DNA from: Sedimentisphaerales bacterium
Lineage (GTDB): Bacteria; Planctomycetota; Phycisphaerae; Sedimentisphaerales; SM23-30
Assembly: GCA_963663805.2 (NCBI GenBank)
Contig: CAXXMR010000009.1
Span: 32,001 to 96,000 of the forward strand
Length of the DNA: 64,000 nucleotides
Direction of reading: 5' to 3'
Shown: positions 43,255 through 53,072 of the stretch, in pieces
Layout: each line of letters opens with the position of its first letter
Position numbering within the stretch: position 1 is the stretch's first letter
Position numbers and translations under genes: made by a program
Notes under the pieces: generated by a model
What the model was told of the DNA's origin: nothing
Database searches by the model: none
Seen by the model: only the letters and a program-made list of their open reading frames with translations

Positions 43255-44943
43255 ATGTCTTATACAGTTCTGGCACGTCGTTATAGATCAGAATCGTTCG
43301 ACCAGGTCGTGGGCCAGGAAGCTATTGCTCAAACGCTGAAAAACGCTATTACCTCCGACCGTGTGGCCCATGCGTATATTTTCAGCGGTACTCGCGGAGT
43401 GGGCAAGACCACGATGGCGCGGGTGCTGAGCAAGGCCCTGAACTGCCTGGAATCTGATGGGCCAACCATTACCCCTTGTTGTAAGTGTGATAGTTGCGTG
43501 GCCATCAGTCAGGGCGAAGATATTGACGTAATCGAGATCGATGGTGCCAGCAATACGGGGGTGGAGCATATTCGCGAGCTGCGTCAGAACGCTATCTACC
43601 ACCCGGCCCGGGCCCGGTTCAAGATATATATCATTGATGAAGTACACATGCTTTCGACGAGTGCTTTTAACGCGCTGCTGAAGACGCTGGAAGAGCCGCC
43701 GGGACATGTGAAGTTTATTTTCGCTACTACCGAGCCGAATAAGATTCCCGCGACGATTCATTCTCGTTGTCAGCGTTTCGATTTTCGTAATATCAGTATC
43801 GACGATATTGCAGGTCAGTTGAAAAATGTGCTTGAAGGCGAAGGTGTTGAGTCTGACGAAGCTGTGGTTCGTCGGGTGGCTCGGCTGGCTCGTGGTTCAA
43901 TGCGGGACGGTTTGTCGCTGCTGGACCAGCTATTGAGCATGTCGGGCGGGAAGCTCAGCGCTGAGCTGATGACCGAATTGCTGGGGACACCCCGGCTGGA
44001 ACGCATACTAAAAATCGCCGCGTCAATCGCTGATTCGAGTATCGCCGGGGCGCTGCAGGAAATTGATGCGGGGATTTCTGAAGGGTTGGCGCTAGAGCAA
44101 ATCGCGGGGGCGTTGCAGGAACATTTTCGTGATTTGATGGTGATTCGCGCGTGCGGGGCTGATACCGAGCTGGTTGAACTGGATGACGGTGAGACGCGTC
44201 AGCAGGCGGCGGAGCAGGCTAAATGTTTTGATGAAGCCACGCTGGTTTATTTTATTACGGTATTGGAAGAATTGCGTCGTTCGCTCAAATCGACGGGTGC
44301 GGGTCGGCCTTTACTGGAGGCGGCGATTGTTCGTCTGACTGCCACGGAGCGTTTCAGCGATACCAAAGCGATAATCAAGCATCTGGAGAATATGCCGAAA
44401 GGGGGTGCCGCGTTACCGCAAACCCGCCCTACGCAGGGCCCCGTCGGTAATGCCTCGCCCCGGTCGATGCCTGCACCGCCTACGCAAGTTGCGGCGGCAG
44501 CTTCGGCGAGCGGTGCTTCACCTCTGACAGAACTTCCGGCAACTATTACGCTGGAATGGCTGAAGGATAACTGGCTGAGGATATTGAACAAGGTTCCGGG
44601 CCATCTGGCGGGTTATATCCGGCCTGCCCTGGTGCAGAACTGGGGTTCGGGCAGACTAACGCTCAAATTTCCACCGAGCGGTTCGGGTATGTTCAAGGCC
44701 CTGCAAAGTCGCGGTCTGAGCGATATTCAAAAGGCGTTTTGTGAGGTGCTTAATCAGCCGGTCGCTCTGGATGTCAGTGTTGAAGAGGCCGGCCATAATC
44801 AGGCTCATCCGGCTCCGCCGGGCGCGCGGCCCAGTCAGGCGGAAATCAACGACGCGGTAAACGACCCGAAGGTTCAGGAGATACAAAAAATTCTGGGCGG
44901 TAAGGTTTGTCAGGTTGAACGGGGCAAAAAAAAATCTGATTAG
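43255..44943 (+). CDS. dnaX: DNA polymerase III subunit gamma/tau
   Basis: LARRYR, GTRGVGKTT, DEVHML, SRCQ. Confidence 0.97.
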   Translation: MSYTVLARRYRSESFDQVVGQEAIAQTLKNAITSDRVAHAYIFSGTRGVGKTTMARVLSKALNCLESDGPTITPCCKCDSCVAISQGEDIDVIEIDGASNTGVEHIRELRQNAIYHPARARFKIYIIDEVHMLSTSAFNALLKTLEEPPGHVKFIFATTEPNKIPATIHSRCQRFDFRNISIDDIAGQLKNVLEGEGVESDEAVVRRVARLARGSMRDGLSLLDQLLSMSGGKLSAELMTELLGTPRLERILKIAASIADSSIAGALQEIDAGISEGLALEQIAGALQEHFRDLMVIRACGADTELVELDDGETRQQAAEQAKCFDEATLVYFITVLEELRRSLKSTGAGRPLLEAAIVRLTATERFSDTKAIIKHLENMPKGGAALPQTRPTQGPVGNASPRSMPAPPTQVAAAASASGASPLTELPATITLEWLKDNWLRILNKVPGHLAGYIRPALVQNWGSGRLTLKFPPSGSGMFKALQSRGLSDIQKAFCEVLNQPVALDVSVEEAGHNQAHPAPPGARPSQAEINDAVNDPKVQEIQKILGGKVCQVERGKKKSD

Positions 44944-45005
44944 GGCGCTAAGGTCGTAACGGGCATTTTGCAAAAGTTAAGTCATAGGACAAATAAGGAA
45001 ATGAT

Positions 45006-45335
45006 ATGGTAGGATTTGGTGATATTGCCGGTATGATGGGGCAGTTCAAGAATATTCAGGCGAATATGCAGCAGATGCAGGAAGAACTAGCTAACAAGAG
45101 CGTCGAGGCATCCAGCGGCGGCGGGATGGTTACGGCGAAGGTAAACGGCAAGGGTGAGCTGCTCGATATAAAGATTGATGCTCAGGTGGCTAACGGCGAT
45201 GTGGAAATGTTGGAGGATTTGGTTGTCGCAGCAGTGAGCGCGGCGGTCTCCCGAAGTCGTGAGATTATGCAGCAGGAGATGTCGAAAGTTACCGGCGGAT
45301 TGAATATTCCGGGGCTTGACCAGTTTCTCAAATAA
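45006..45335 (+). CDS. ybaB: YbaB/EbfC nucleoid-associated protein
   Basis: SSGGGMV, DVEMLEDLV; dnaX-ybaB-recR synteny. Confidence 0.95.
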   Translation: MVGFGDIAGMMGQFKNIQANMQQMQEELANKSVEASSGGGMVTAKVNGKGELLDIKIDAQVANGDVEMLEDLVVAAVSAAVSRSREIMQQEMSKVTGGLNIPGLDQFLK

Positions 45336-45354
45336 TTGTTATGGATGGCAGGTT

Positions 45355-45963
45355 ATGGGTAATGTCCACACCGAAAGCATAAATAAACTCATGCAGCAGT
45401 TTCAGAAGCTGCCCGGTATCGGTTCGCGTACAGCAGAGCGGCTGGCTTATCATGTGCTGAAGCAAGCACCGGAAGAAGCGCTGGAATTGGCCCGAGCAAT
45501 CGAGGCGGTAAAGACCAAAATCCGTAACTGCAAACAATGCTTCAATCTGAGCGAGCAGGATATGTGCGAAATCTGCCGGGACAGCAGGCGTGACCAGGGG
45601 GTTATTTGTGTGGTGGAGCAACCGAACGACCTGATAAGTCTGGAGGAGACCGGTCAATGCCATTGGGTTTACCATGTTTTGCTGGGCAGGCTGGCGCCGC
45701 TGGATGGTATTACGCCGGATGATTTGACCATTGACGCACTAGTCAAAAGAGTGAACGCTGGCGGAGTGCGGGAAATCGTAATGGCGACTAATCCGAACAT
45801 GGACGGTGACGGCACGGCGTTGTATATCAGCTCGCTGCTGGCGGACAGCAAGGTCCGCATAACCCGGCTGGCACGGGGACTTCCTTCGGGCGGGAGTATC
45901 GAATATTCCAACAAGGGAATTCTGATTGACGCGATAAAAGGGCGTGTGGAGATGAAGAGTTGA
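45355..45963 (+). CDS. recR: Recombination mediator RecR
   Basis: LPGIGSRTAERLA, C4 zinc finger, TOPRIM (VVE, ATNP..DG). Confidence 0.97.
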   Translation: MGNVHTESINKLMQQFQKLPGIGSRTAERLAYHVLKQAPEEALELARAIEAVKTKIRNCKQCFNLSEQDMCEICRDSRRDQGVICVVEQPNDLISLEETGQCHWVYHVLLGRLAPLDGITPDDLTIDALVKRVNAGGVREIVMATNPNMDGDGTALYISSLLADSKVRITRLARGLPSGGSIEYSNKGILIDAIKGRVEMKS

Positions 45964-46097
45964 GGTGTCGGTCCTATAATCAAGATGGCGATAGGTAAGT
46001 TTCGGTGTGAGCGAGAGTTTCGACAGAACTGGGCTTACCTTTTGGACGATAGATAAGACAAGAATGTAGTTTTGATAGCGTTTTTTACGAGGCATAA

Positions 46098-47570
46098 ATG
46101 AGGCTGGATATTTCCCAAAATATGAAGATGGATCAGCGGATGGTCATGGCCCCGCGTATGATTCAGTCTATGGAAATACTTCAGCTGCCGCTTTTGGCAT
46201 TGCAGGAGCGGATTGAACAGGAAATGTTGGAGAATCCGGTGCTGGAACTGCGGGAGCGTGAGCCTTCGGTAGAGACCAGCCAGGCCGAAGAACGTTACGA
46301 AAGCGAACATGCCTTAAAGGTTGGCGAGGATAAGAACAAGGCTGATGATTTTGAGCGGTTGAATAATGTGGATGAGGACTGGAATGATTATATGTCCCGT
46401 TCCTCTTATGTGCCGCGGAGCGGTGGGGGTGTTGACGCTGACGGGCGGGACCGGAAGCTGGATGCGATGGCTAATACCGCGGCACCGGCCCAGAATCTGA
46501 ATGAGTACCTTCACGACCAGTGGGCTTTTGTCGAGGCGGATGAGGCGGTAAAAGCGGCGGGGACGGCGATAATTGACCATATTGAAGATACGGGCTATTT
46601 GCGGGTGGAACTGGCCAGCGTGCAGGAGCATGTGCGGCAGAAGGTGACGGCTGAACAGCTCGAGGAAGCGCTGCGACTGGTGCAGATTCTGGATCCGACC
46701 GGAGTAGGGGCACGGAATCTGGGCGAGTGCATGTTGATTCAGTTGGCGAATATGGATGGTGATTATACGCTGGCGATGGAGCTGATTCGGGACCATTTGA
46801 AGGATATTGAGATGAACCGTTTTCCGGCGATTGCCAAAAAAACGGGACATGAGATAGCGGAGATTCAGGATGCCCTGAAGGTTGTCGCGCGTCTTGATAC
46901 CCGGCCGGGCTTGCAGATTGGTCGGCATGATGTTCAGTATGTTACGCCGGATGTTATTGTCGATTATGATGAGGAAAACGATATTTATGTAGCTCGGTTG
47001 GCGGATGGCAGTATGCCGGACTTGCGAATCAGTCGGACATATACGAAGATGATGAAAGATGGGGGCCTGTCGGGAGACGCGAAAGATTTTTTGCGTAATA
47101 ATGTGCGCAGTGCCCGCTGGATAATCGAGTCTATCGAACAGCGCAAAACTACGCTTTTGCGAGTGGTTAATCATGTGCTGGCGAATCAGCGGGATTTTTT
47201 CGATAAGGGTGCGGCGTTTTTAAGGCCTCTGCCTATGGTTGATGTCGCCGAGACGCTGGGGATTCATGTCGGGACGGTCAGCCGGGCGGTTTCGGGCAAA
47301 TATATGCAGACTCCGATAGGGATATTTCCGTTGCGGTATTTCTTCAGCGGAGGTACGGAAAATGCCGCTGGCGAGAGCGTGAGCTGGGATGCGATTAAGG
47401 CGAAGCTGCAAGAGATTGTGGATAATGAGGACAAGAACAACCCGTTCAATGATGATGATTTGGTGGATGAGCTGAAGAAAAAAGGTATCAAGCTGGCTCG
47501 TCGGACGGTGGCAAAGTATCGGGGGCTGATGAATATTCCGCCGGCGCGGAGACGCAAGCAGTTTGTTTGA
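46098..47570 (+). CDS. rpoN: RNA polymerase sigma-54 factor
   Basis: ILQLP region I, RpoN box ARRTVAKYR. Confidence 0.97.
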   Translation: MRLDISQNMKMDQRMVMAPRMIQSMEILQLPLLALQERIEQEMLENPVLELREREPSVETSQAEERYESEHALKVGEDKNKADDFERLNNVDEDWNDYMSRSSYVPRSGGGVDADGRDRKLDAMANTAAPAQNLNEYLHDQWAFVEADEAVKAAGTAIIDHIEDTGYLRVELASVQEHVRQKVTAEQLEEALRLVQILDPTGVGARNLGECMLIQLANMDGDYTLAMELIRDHLKDIEMNRFPAIAKKTGHEIAEIQDALKVVARLDTRPGLQIGRHDVQYVTPDVIVDYDEENDIYVARLADGSMPDLRISRTYTKMMKDGGLSGDAKDFLRNNVRSARWIIESIEQRKTTLLRVVNHVLANQRDFFDKGAAFLRPLPMVDVAETLGIHVGTVSRAVSGKYMQTPIGIFPLRYFFSGGTENAAGESVSWDAIKAKLQEIVDNEDKNNPFNDDDLVDELKKKGIKLARRTVAKYRGLMNIPPARRRKQFV

Positions 47571-47806
47571 AATTGGTTAGGGGGAAGGGGGGAGTTGAGG
47601 GGGCTTTTCTGATTTTGCTCTAAACTTTCAAGAATATCTACTGCAATTAAGTGGATTCTAGCGACAATGTTGTTATATGACGTTATTTGGCGATGACAGT
47701 CCGCAAAGTGGCGTTGGATTAACAGTGGATTTCTGCTATAGTTATGTGATATTGAGTTTGTTGGCTGGCTCATAATGATATTTAAGTTAGGTCGAAGAGG
47801 CTGAAA

Positions 47807-49060
47807 ATGAGACGCGGATTATTGTGTTTGGCGGTGGTATTGCTGACGGCGGGGGGGCTTGGGGCGGAACCGTCAGGGAACAGGGCCGCAAAAGCTGAAA
47901 AGGCGGTTTATGCCCATCTGGTAACCTGGTTCAAGACTCGTGATTTTTCGGATAGGTGGGAGATGTGGGGTTCGGATTATCCGCAAATGCCCAGCGACCC
48001 TGATAAGATATATTTCAATGGCAAACGCGATATCGCTACTACCAGTTATCCGCTTACCGATGTTTATGATTCATCCGACCCTGCCGCGATTGAGTATCAG
48101 TTTCTGCTGATGAAGCTGGCGGGGATCGATGGGGTGATCGTCGATTGGGATGGGCGGCGTATCAATCGCTATCGGCATGATTGTCTGATGGAAATTGTCA
48201 AGTATCTCGACCGCTTCGATATGAAGCTGATAGTTTGTTTTGAGGAATGGTGCGGCTATTGGCCTTTGGAGACTTTTTCGACTCGGCAGGAAGAACTCGC
48301 CGCGGCTAAGGAAGAATTACAGTGGATGGTTGAAACCTTTCTCAATCAGCCCTTTTACGGTAAAGTACGCGGGGTCAAGCCGGTACTGGTTTTTCGTAAG
48401 ATCAACGACAAACTATTCGATAAGCAGGAATGGCGGCAGCTCAGTTCGGTGGTGAAAGATGCCGGCGGTGCTTTGATTTTTGGCGAAGGGGACCATCATA
48501 ATTTTGGGCCGGCGGTCAGCGGTGGTAAATATTTCTGGGTGGGTGGTTTTACGCCCGGTTCCAATAGCAGTACTCTGGATTATTGCCGGGAAGTCTATCA
48601 GCGATTTCTGGATAATTGCCGTGATGACTCTGCCTTGATTTTTGGCAGTGCTACGCCGGGATTTGATGATACGCCGGTCTGGGGCTGGGGCAATTCGCCG
48701 CGGGTTGCGCCGCGTTATGAAGGCAAACGTTATGAAATGACGTGGGAGCAGGCGATAGCGGCTGATGTTGACGCGATGCAGATCGTTACCTGGAACGACT
48801 GGAACGAGGGCTCGCAAATCGAACCGGACGATGAGAATGGCTATAAATATCTGGAGATGACCAAAACGCTGGTGGCTCGTTATAAAGGGATTGCCGATAA
48901 TATACCGGACAAAGTTTTGCAGACGCCGCTGATGATTTATAAGCATCGTAAGCAGGGAAATCCGCAGGAACAGGCCCGGCTGGACGAAATTGTGAAGTTA
49001 CTCCTGACCGGCCAATATAATCAGGCCCTGGCATTATCGGACACGATGGTAAATGAATAA
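47807..49060 (+). CDS. Secreted GH99/GH71-like glycoside hydrolase
   Basis: AGIDGVIVDW, PGFDD, TWNDWNEGSQIEP. Confidence 0.78.
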   Translation: MRRGLLCLAVVLLTAGGLGAEPSGNRAAKAEKAVYAHLVTWFKTRDFSDRWEMWGSDYPQMPSDPDKIYFNGKRDIATTSYPLTDVYDSSDPAAIEYQFLLMKLAGIDGVIVDWDGRRINRYRHDCLMEIVKYLDRFDMKLIVCFEEWCGYWPLETFSTRQEELAAAKEELQWMVETFLNQPFYGKVRGVKPVLVFRKINDKLFDKQEWRQLSSVVKDAGGALIFGEGDHHNFGPAVSGGKYFWVGGFTPGSNSSTLDYCREVYQRFLDNCRDDSALIFGSATPGFDDTPVWGWGNSPRVAPRYEGKRYEMTWEQAIAADVDAMQIVTWNDWNEGSQIEPDDENGYKYLEMTKTLVARYKGIADNIPDKVLQTPLMIYKHRKQGNPQEQARLDEIVKLLLTGQYNQALALSDTMVNE

Positions 49061-51306
49061 GTTTTTGACGATTATTATTGCTTTGCTGATGGTGGGTCTG
49101 GCTGAGGCTTCGGATGTTACCGATACGCTCGATGACGCGGGTAACTGTTTCGAGACGCTTAACTCCGATGCTTCTGCCAATGGCGACAGTACGGTATCGC
49201 TGACCATGTTAGCTGCCGGCGAATCGGTTGTTGACTGGCACAGTAGTTCGTATATGCGTTTGCAGATTTGCGAACAGGTTGAAGTTGACCCGGTGTCATC
49301 CATTAACGGCGGTGAGTATTCGCTGTGGCTGGTTTTCTTTAACAGCGGTCGGCAATATCTGGGTGAGTATCAATGGTATTCCGGCAGTTCAACCGAAACC
49401 CGGATTTCGCCCAGTATGGTCGAGTTTATCGCCAATCATGGTTTGGATACCGCCAAATATTACTGGCTGAGAATCCGCCTGCACGGTGGGACGGGGCAGG
49501 GCTTCAAATTTGATGAAATTCGTGTTCGTACCGGGCTCGGCTACTGGAAGCCAACCGCCTTGACCCAGTCGGCTGCGCCTGCGGTGTTCGCTCACTTTAT
49601 GGTTGGTTTCAAGACGACCGATTATTCCGGTCAGTGGGGCGGCTGGGACTATTCAAATGCCTGTGTAAGTCACAATCCCTCAACTTTCGACGCTCAGGGT
49701 AAACGTGACATCGCTTCGGTTTACTATCCATCGGTCGGTTGCTATGACATGAACGACCCTGATTTGGTCGAGTATCATTGCCAGCTTATGAAGATGGCTG
49801 AACTGGATGGCGCGATTTTTGATTTGACATTTTATGATATGAGCCCGGCAAATATAAGCATGATGAACGCTTATATGTCCGGCATGACTGAATATGGTTT
49901 GCAAAGTGTCGTGTGTTATGAAGATAAAGTCCATTGGCTTTGGGATAATCCTGCCACTCGTGCCATAGCGGTAAATCGAGCCTATGGTGATATGGACAAC
50001 TGGCTAAACATGTTCATCAATAGTTCAACCCAGTATTATGTGTCCGGTTCGCGCCCTTTATGCCTGATGTTCAGTTATGAACAGTATGATGAGACTCTGG
50101 GGACAAGCTGTCTCTCGCCGACGGAGATTACCAGTTGGCTAAGCGGGTTTGCCGGTACGGACCAGCCGGTTATGCTGCGTCAATGGTTCAAAGACCCGGA
50201 CCATGTTGGTGTTCTCAACGGCCAGTTTGACTGGGTCAAGATTTCCAGTCCCGCTCCGGCTGAGCAAGCTCCTTATGTCGCTTATACCGACTGGGATGAT
50301 GCCCAGAACTATCTGCTCGCTAATCGTGCTTTTGGTCAATATCTGCTGGCGACGGATAAGGCCGATTTTCATATTCCGGTTGTCTACCCTGGTTTCGATG
50401 ACCTTGAGATACAGGGTTGGGATTGTGTTAGCGGGCCGCGGCTGATACCTCGCTACGATGGTGCTCTCTACGATATGGTCTGGGACTGGGCGATTGAGGA
50501 TGATTTGCCGGTGGTTCAGGTTTGCACCTGGAACGACTGGTATGAAGGCACGATTATCGAACCTGCCGTCGAGTTCGGCAATATGTATATGGAAAAAAAC
50601 ACGGGCCCGGATTGAGGAATTCAAGGGGGCGACCCCCTCAACAGTTAATTTCAATGTGCCGGTCTGGATTTACAAACTGCGTAATATTTGCCCCGATGAT
50701 TACGTCCTGACGCAATTAGATGTTGCATCGGATTTGATTAAACAGGGCCAATACACCTCCGCCGAAGCGATCGTATCACCCTGGGCAGCCGCTTACGGCG
50801 TTGATGGAATAACTTACTGGAAAGGCCAGGCCTCCCGTACGAATTTGCAAACCGGCATACTGCAAGCTGATATTTCCGCGTATGATTTCGCCTCTCAACC
50901 TGTAGGTGCAACTCAAACAGTAAACATAACTTTGGAGAATACAGACGCTGTTGATTTAGTTTTCGTTGGTGAAGAACCGATAGAAATCATCGGTGATGAC
51001 GGAGCGTTCTCGATTGTTGAGCCGGTTGATGTCTCAGATTTGGCAGGTAGTCAAAATCGTGTCATTCAGATTATCTGTCGTCCATTTTACGTCGGCACCG
51101 CGAACGCAATCTTGCGGCTGCGTAGCACGGACATTATCAATAGTCCACTGGAAATACCTCTAACCGTAAACGCTACTCAAACACCGGGCGATTATAACGG
51201 TGACCAGAAAGTCGATGCTCTGGATTTTGCGGTGCTGGCGGAATATTGGGGCGAACCTTACTGTTTGGTCGATTTGCTGGAAATAGCCAATTACTGGTTA
51301 AATTAA
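49053..51306 (+). CDS. Secreted GH99/GH71-like hydrolase plus Ig-like domain plus dockerin-like tag, apparent extra A near 50593-50599
   Basis: PGFDD, TWNDWYEGTIIEP; removing one A joins the ORFs; GDYNGDQKVDALDF. Confidence 0.72.
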
Positions 51307-51405
51307 GCAATATGCGTGCATACTAACCGCCGTAAACAAGCTCTCGCTTCTTTATCAAAATATTCTGAAACCAGGCTAAAAGTTTCGAAATATGGCATAA
51401 TTTTC

Positions 51406-52852
51406 CAATCCTGTTCGGCGCATTTATTGCTTTAGGCTTTTGGCCTCCTGTATTTTTTTAAAAAAACCCGAAATGTTAAGATAGGTAATTTGCGCTCGAG
51501 GGATATTTATGCTCTAATAGGAGGCATGAGTGCTAAGCGTAAAAAAATCCAGGAGCGGGACCTGCGTGGGTTCAAGTATTTCAAGTCCCTCTCGGCTCTG
51601 CTGAAAGGTCTTCACTCGGCGGGATGTGAGCGGGACCGGGCCGGCAATCGCACATTATTCATGGACCAGTATGTCAGTCTGCTGCTGTTATACATGTTCA
51701 ATCCGATCTGCAGTTCCATCCGGTCTTTGCAGCAGGCCGGCGAGCTCAAAAAGGTACAGCGGCTGTTGGGTTGTTCGCGTGCTTCGCTGGGTTCGCTTTC
51801 GGAAGCATCCCGGGTTTTTGAGAGTTCTTTGTTAGAGCCGATAATCGCTCAACTCACTGAGCAGTTAGGGCCGATATCTCAGGACAAAAAACTGGAAGTC
51901 GGTCAGGTCATTACCCTGGTGGACGGCAGCAGTATTCAGGCTTTGCAAAAACTCACTCAGGCTGCCTGGGACACCGACAAACCCGGAATTAAAGCACACA
52001 CTCAGTTTGATCTGGAAAAATATGTGCCTCTGAAAATAAATATCAGTGAAGACAAGTCTGATGAGCGAAAGGTTTTTTTAGAGAATCTTCAGCCCGGCCG
52101 GATTTATGTCAATGATCGCGGATATGCCTGTTTTAAGCTGTTTCAGGCCATTGTGGATAGTAAAAGCTCTTTTGTCTGTCGGTTGCGTGAGGATACGGTT
52201 TACGAAACTATTCAGGAAAAACCTTTAACTGAAGATGCTCGAAAAGCGGGGATAATTTTTGATCGTACGGTAATCGCCGGCAGCAGTGAAAAACTGCGGG
52301 AAGATTTCAAACAACCGTTACGCCTGATAGCGGTTGAATGTCAACCGCATTTGAAACGGGGCCAGGGACCACGTCAGAGTGAGATGATTTTGATTGCCAC
52401 CGACCGGCTGGACCTGGACGCCGAAGTCATTGCCCTGCTCTATCAGAAACGCTGGGCCATCGAAATATTTTTCCGCTTTTTTAAGCATGTGCTGGGCTGC
52501 CGACATCTGCTAAGCCTCTGCGAAAACGGTATCGAACTACAGATGTACGCCGCGATTATCGCCTGTATGCTGATCAGCCTGTGGACGGGCAAAAAACCAA
52601 CTTTAAGAACCTACGAAATGCTCTGCTGGCACCTCTGCGGCATGGCCGACGAGCAAGAAATGCAGAACCATATCAATAAACTCCAAAGCCAAAACTAAGG
52701 CCGATCCTCAAAAAAATCGCCGCTGCCGCTGATGCTGCGCCAAAATAACCAGTGCCGACAGTCCCACTGAGGGATAATCCCCGCTAAATCATATGAACTG
52801 CAAAGACCACAGAAAAACTGTATTTGAGCAATAAATGTGCCGAACAGGATTG
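51406..52852 (+). mobile_element. IS4-family insertion sequence (1447 bp)
   Basis: 26-bp terminal IRs CAATCCTGTTCGGC(G/A)CATTTATTGCT, 25/26 match; no TSD seen. Confidence 0.92.
51526..52698 (+). CDS. IS4-family DDE transposase
   Basis: VDGS, DRGY, YQKRWAIEIFFRFFK (YREK motif). Confidence 0.93.
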   Translation: MSAKRKKIQERDLRGFKYFKSLSALLKGLHSAGCERDRAGNRTLFMDQYVSLLLLYMFNPICSSIRSLQQAGELKKVQRLLGCSRASLGSLSEASRVFESSLLEPIIAQLTEQLGPISQDKKLEVGQVITLVDGSSIQALQKLTQAAWDTDKPGIKAHTQFDLEKYVPLKINISEDKSDERKVFLENLQPGRIYVNDRGYACFKLFQAIVDSKSSFVCRLREDTVYETIQEKPLTEDARKAGIIFDRTVIAGSSEKLREDFKQPLRLIAVECQPHLKRGQGPRQSEMILIATDRLDLDAEVIALLYQKRWAIEIFFRFFKHVLGCRHLLSLCENGIELQMYAAIIACMLISLWTGKKPTLRTYEMLCWHLCGMADEQEMQNHINKLQSQN

Positions 52853-52952
52853 AGCAATTCAAGCATCTTCGCGCTCAAATTTGCCTGTTAATTTTTAGCA
52901 AAATATTAAAAATAACTTGCATGGTCAGGAAGAACTTGTTTAAATAAGACAA

Positions 52953-52966
52953 TGTTACCGGTATCA
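52953..52966. promoter_or_regulatory. LacI-type operator palindrome
   Basis: TGTTACCGGTATCA, near-perfect palindrome with central CG. Confidence 0.6.
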
Positions 52967-53072
52967 TGGTGAGTTAGTTTTGGTTAGAGGGCGTTGGAGG
53001 TAAATGATGACAATCTCGGAAATCGCCCAAAAATGTCGGGTTTCTAATATGGATTATTATGGAGAATTGCCC

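Noticed and set aside
44926..44934. A9 run in dnaX as a programmed frameshift or slippage site for gamma/tau
   Set aside because: It lies three codons from the stop, so it cannot generate a gamma-sized product; no internal A-AAA-AAG site was noticed.
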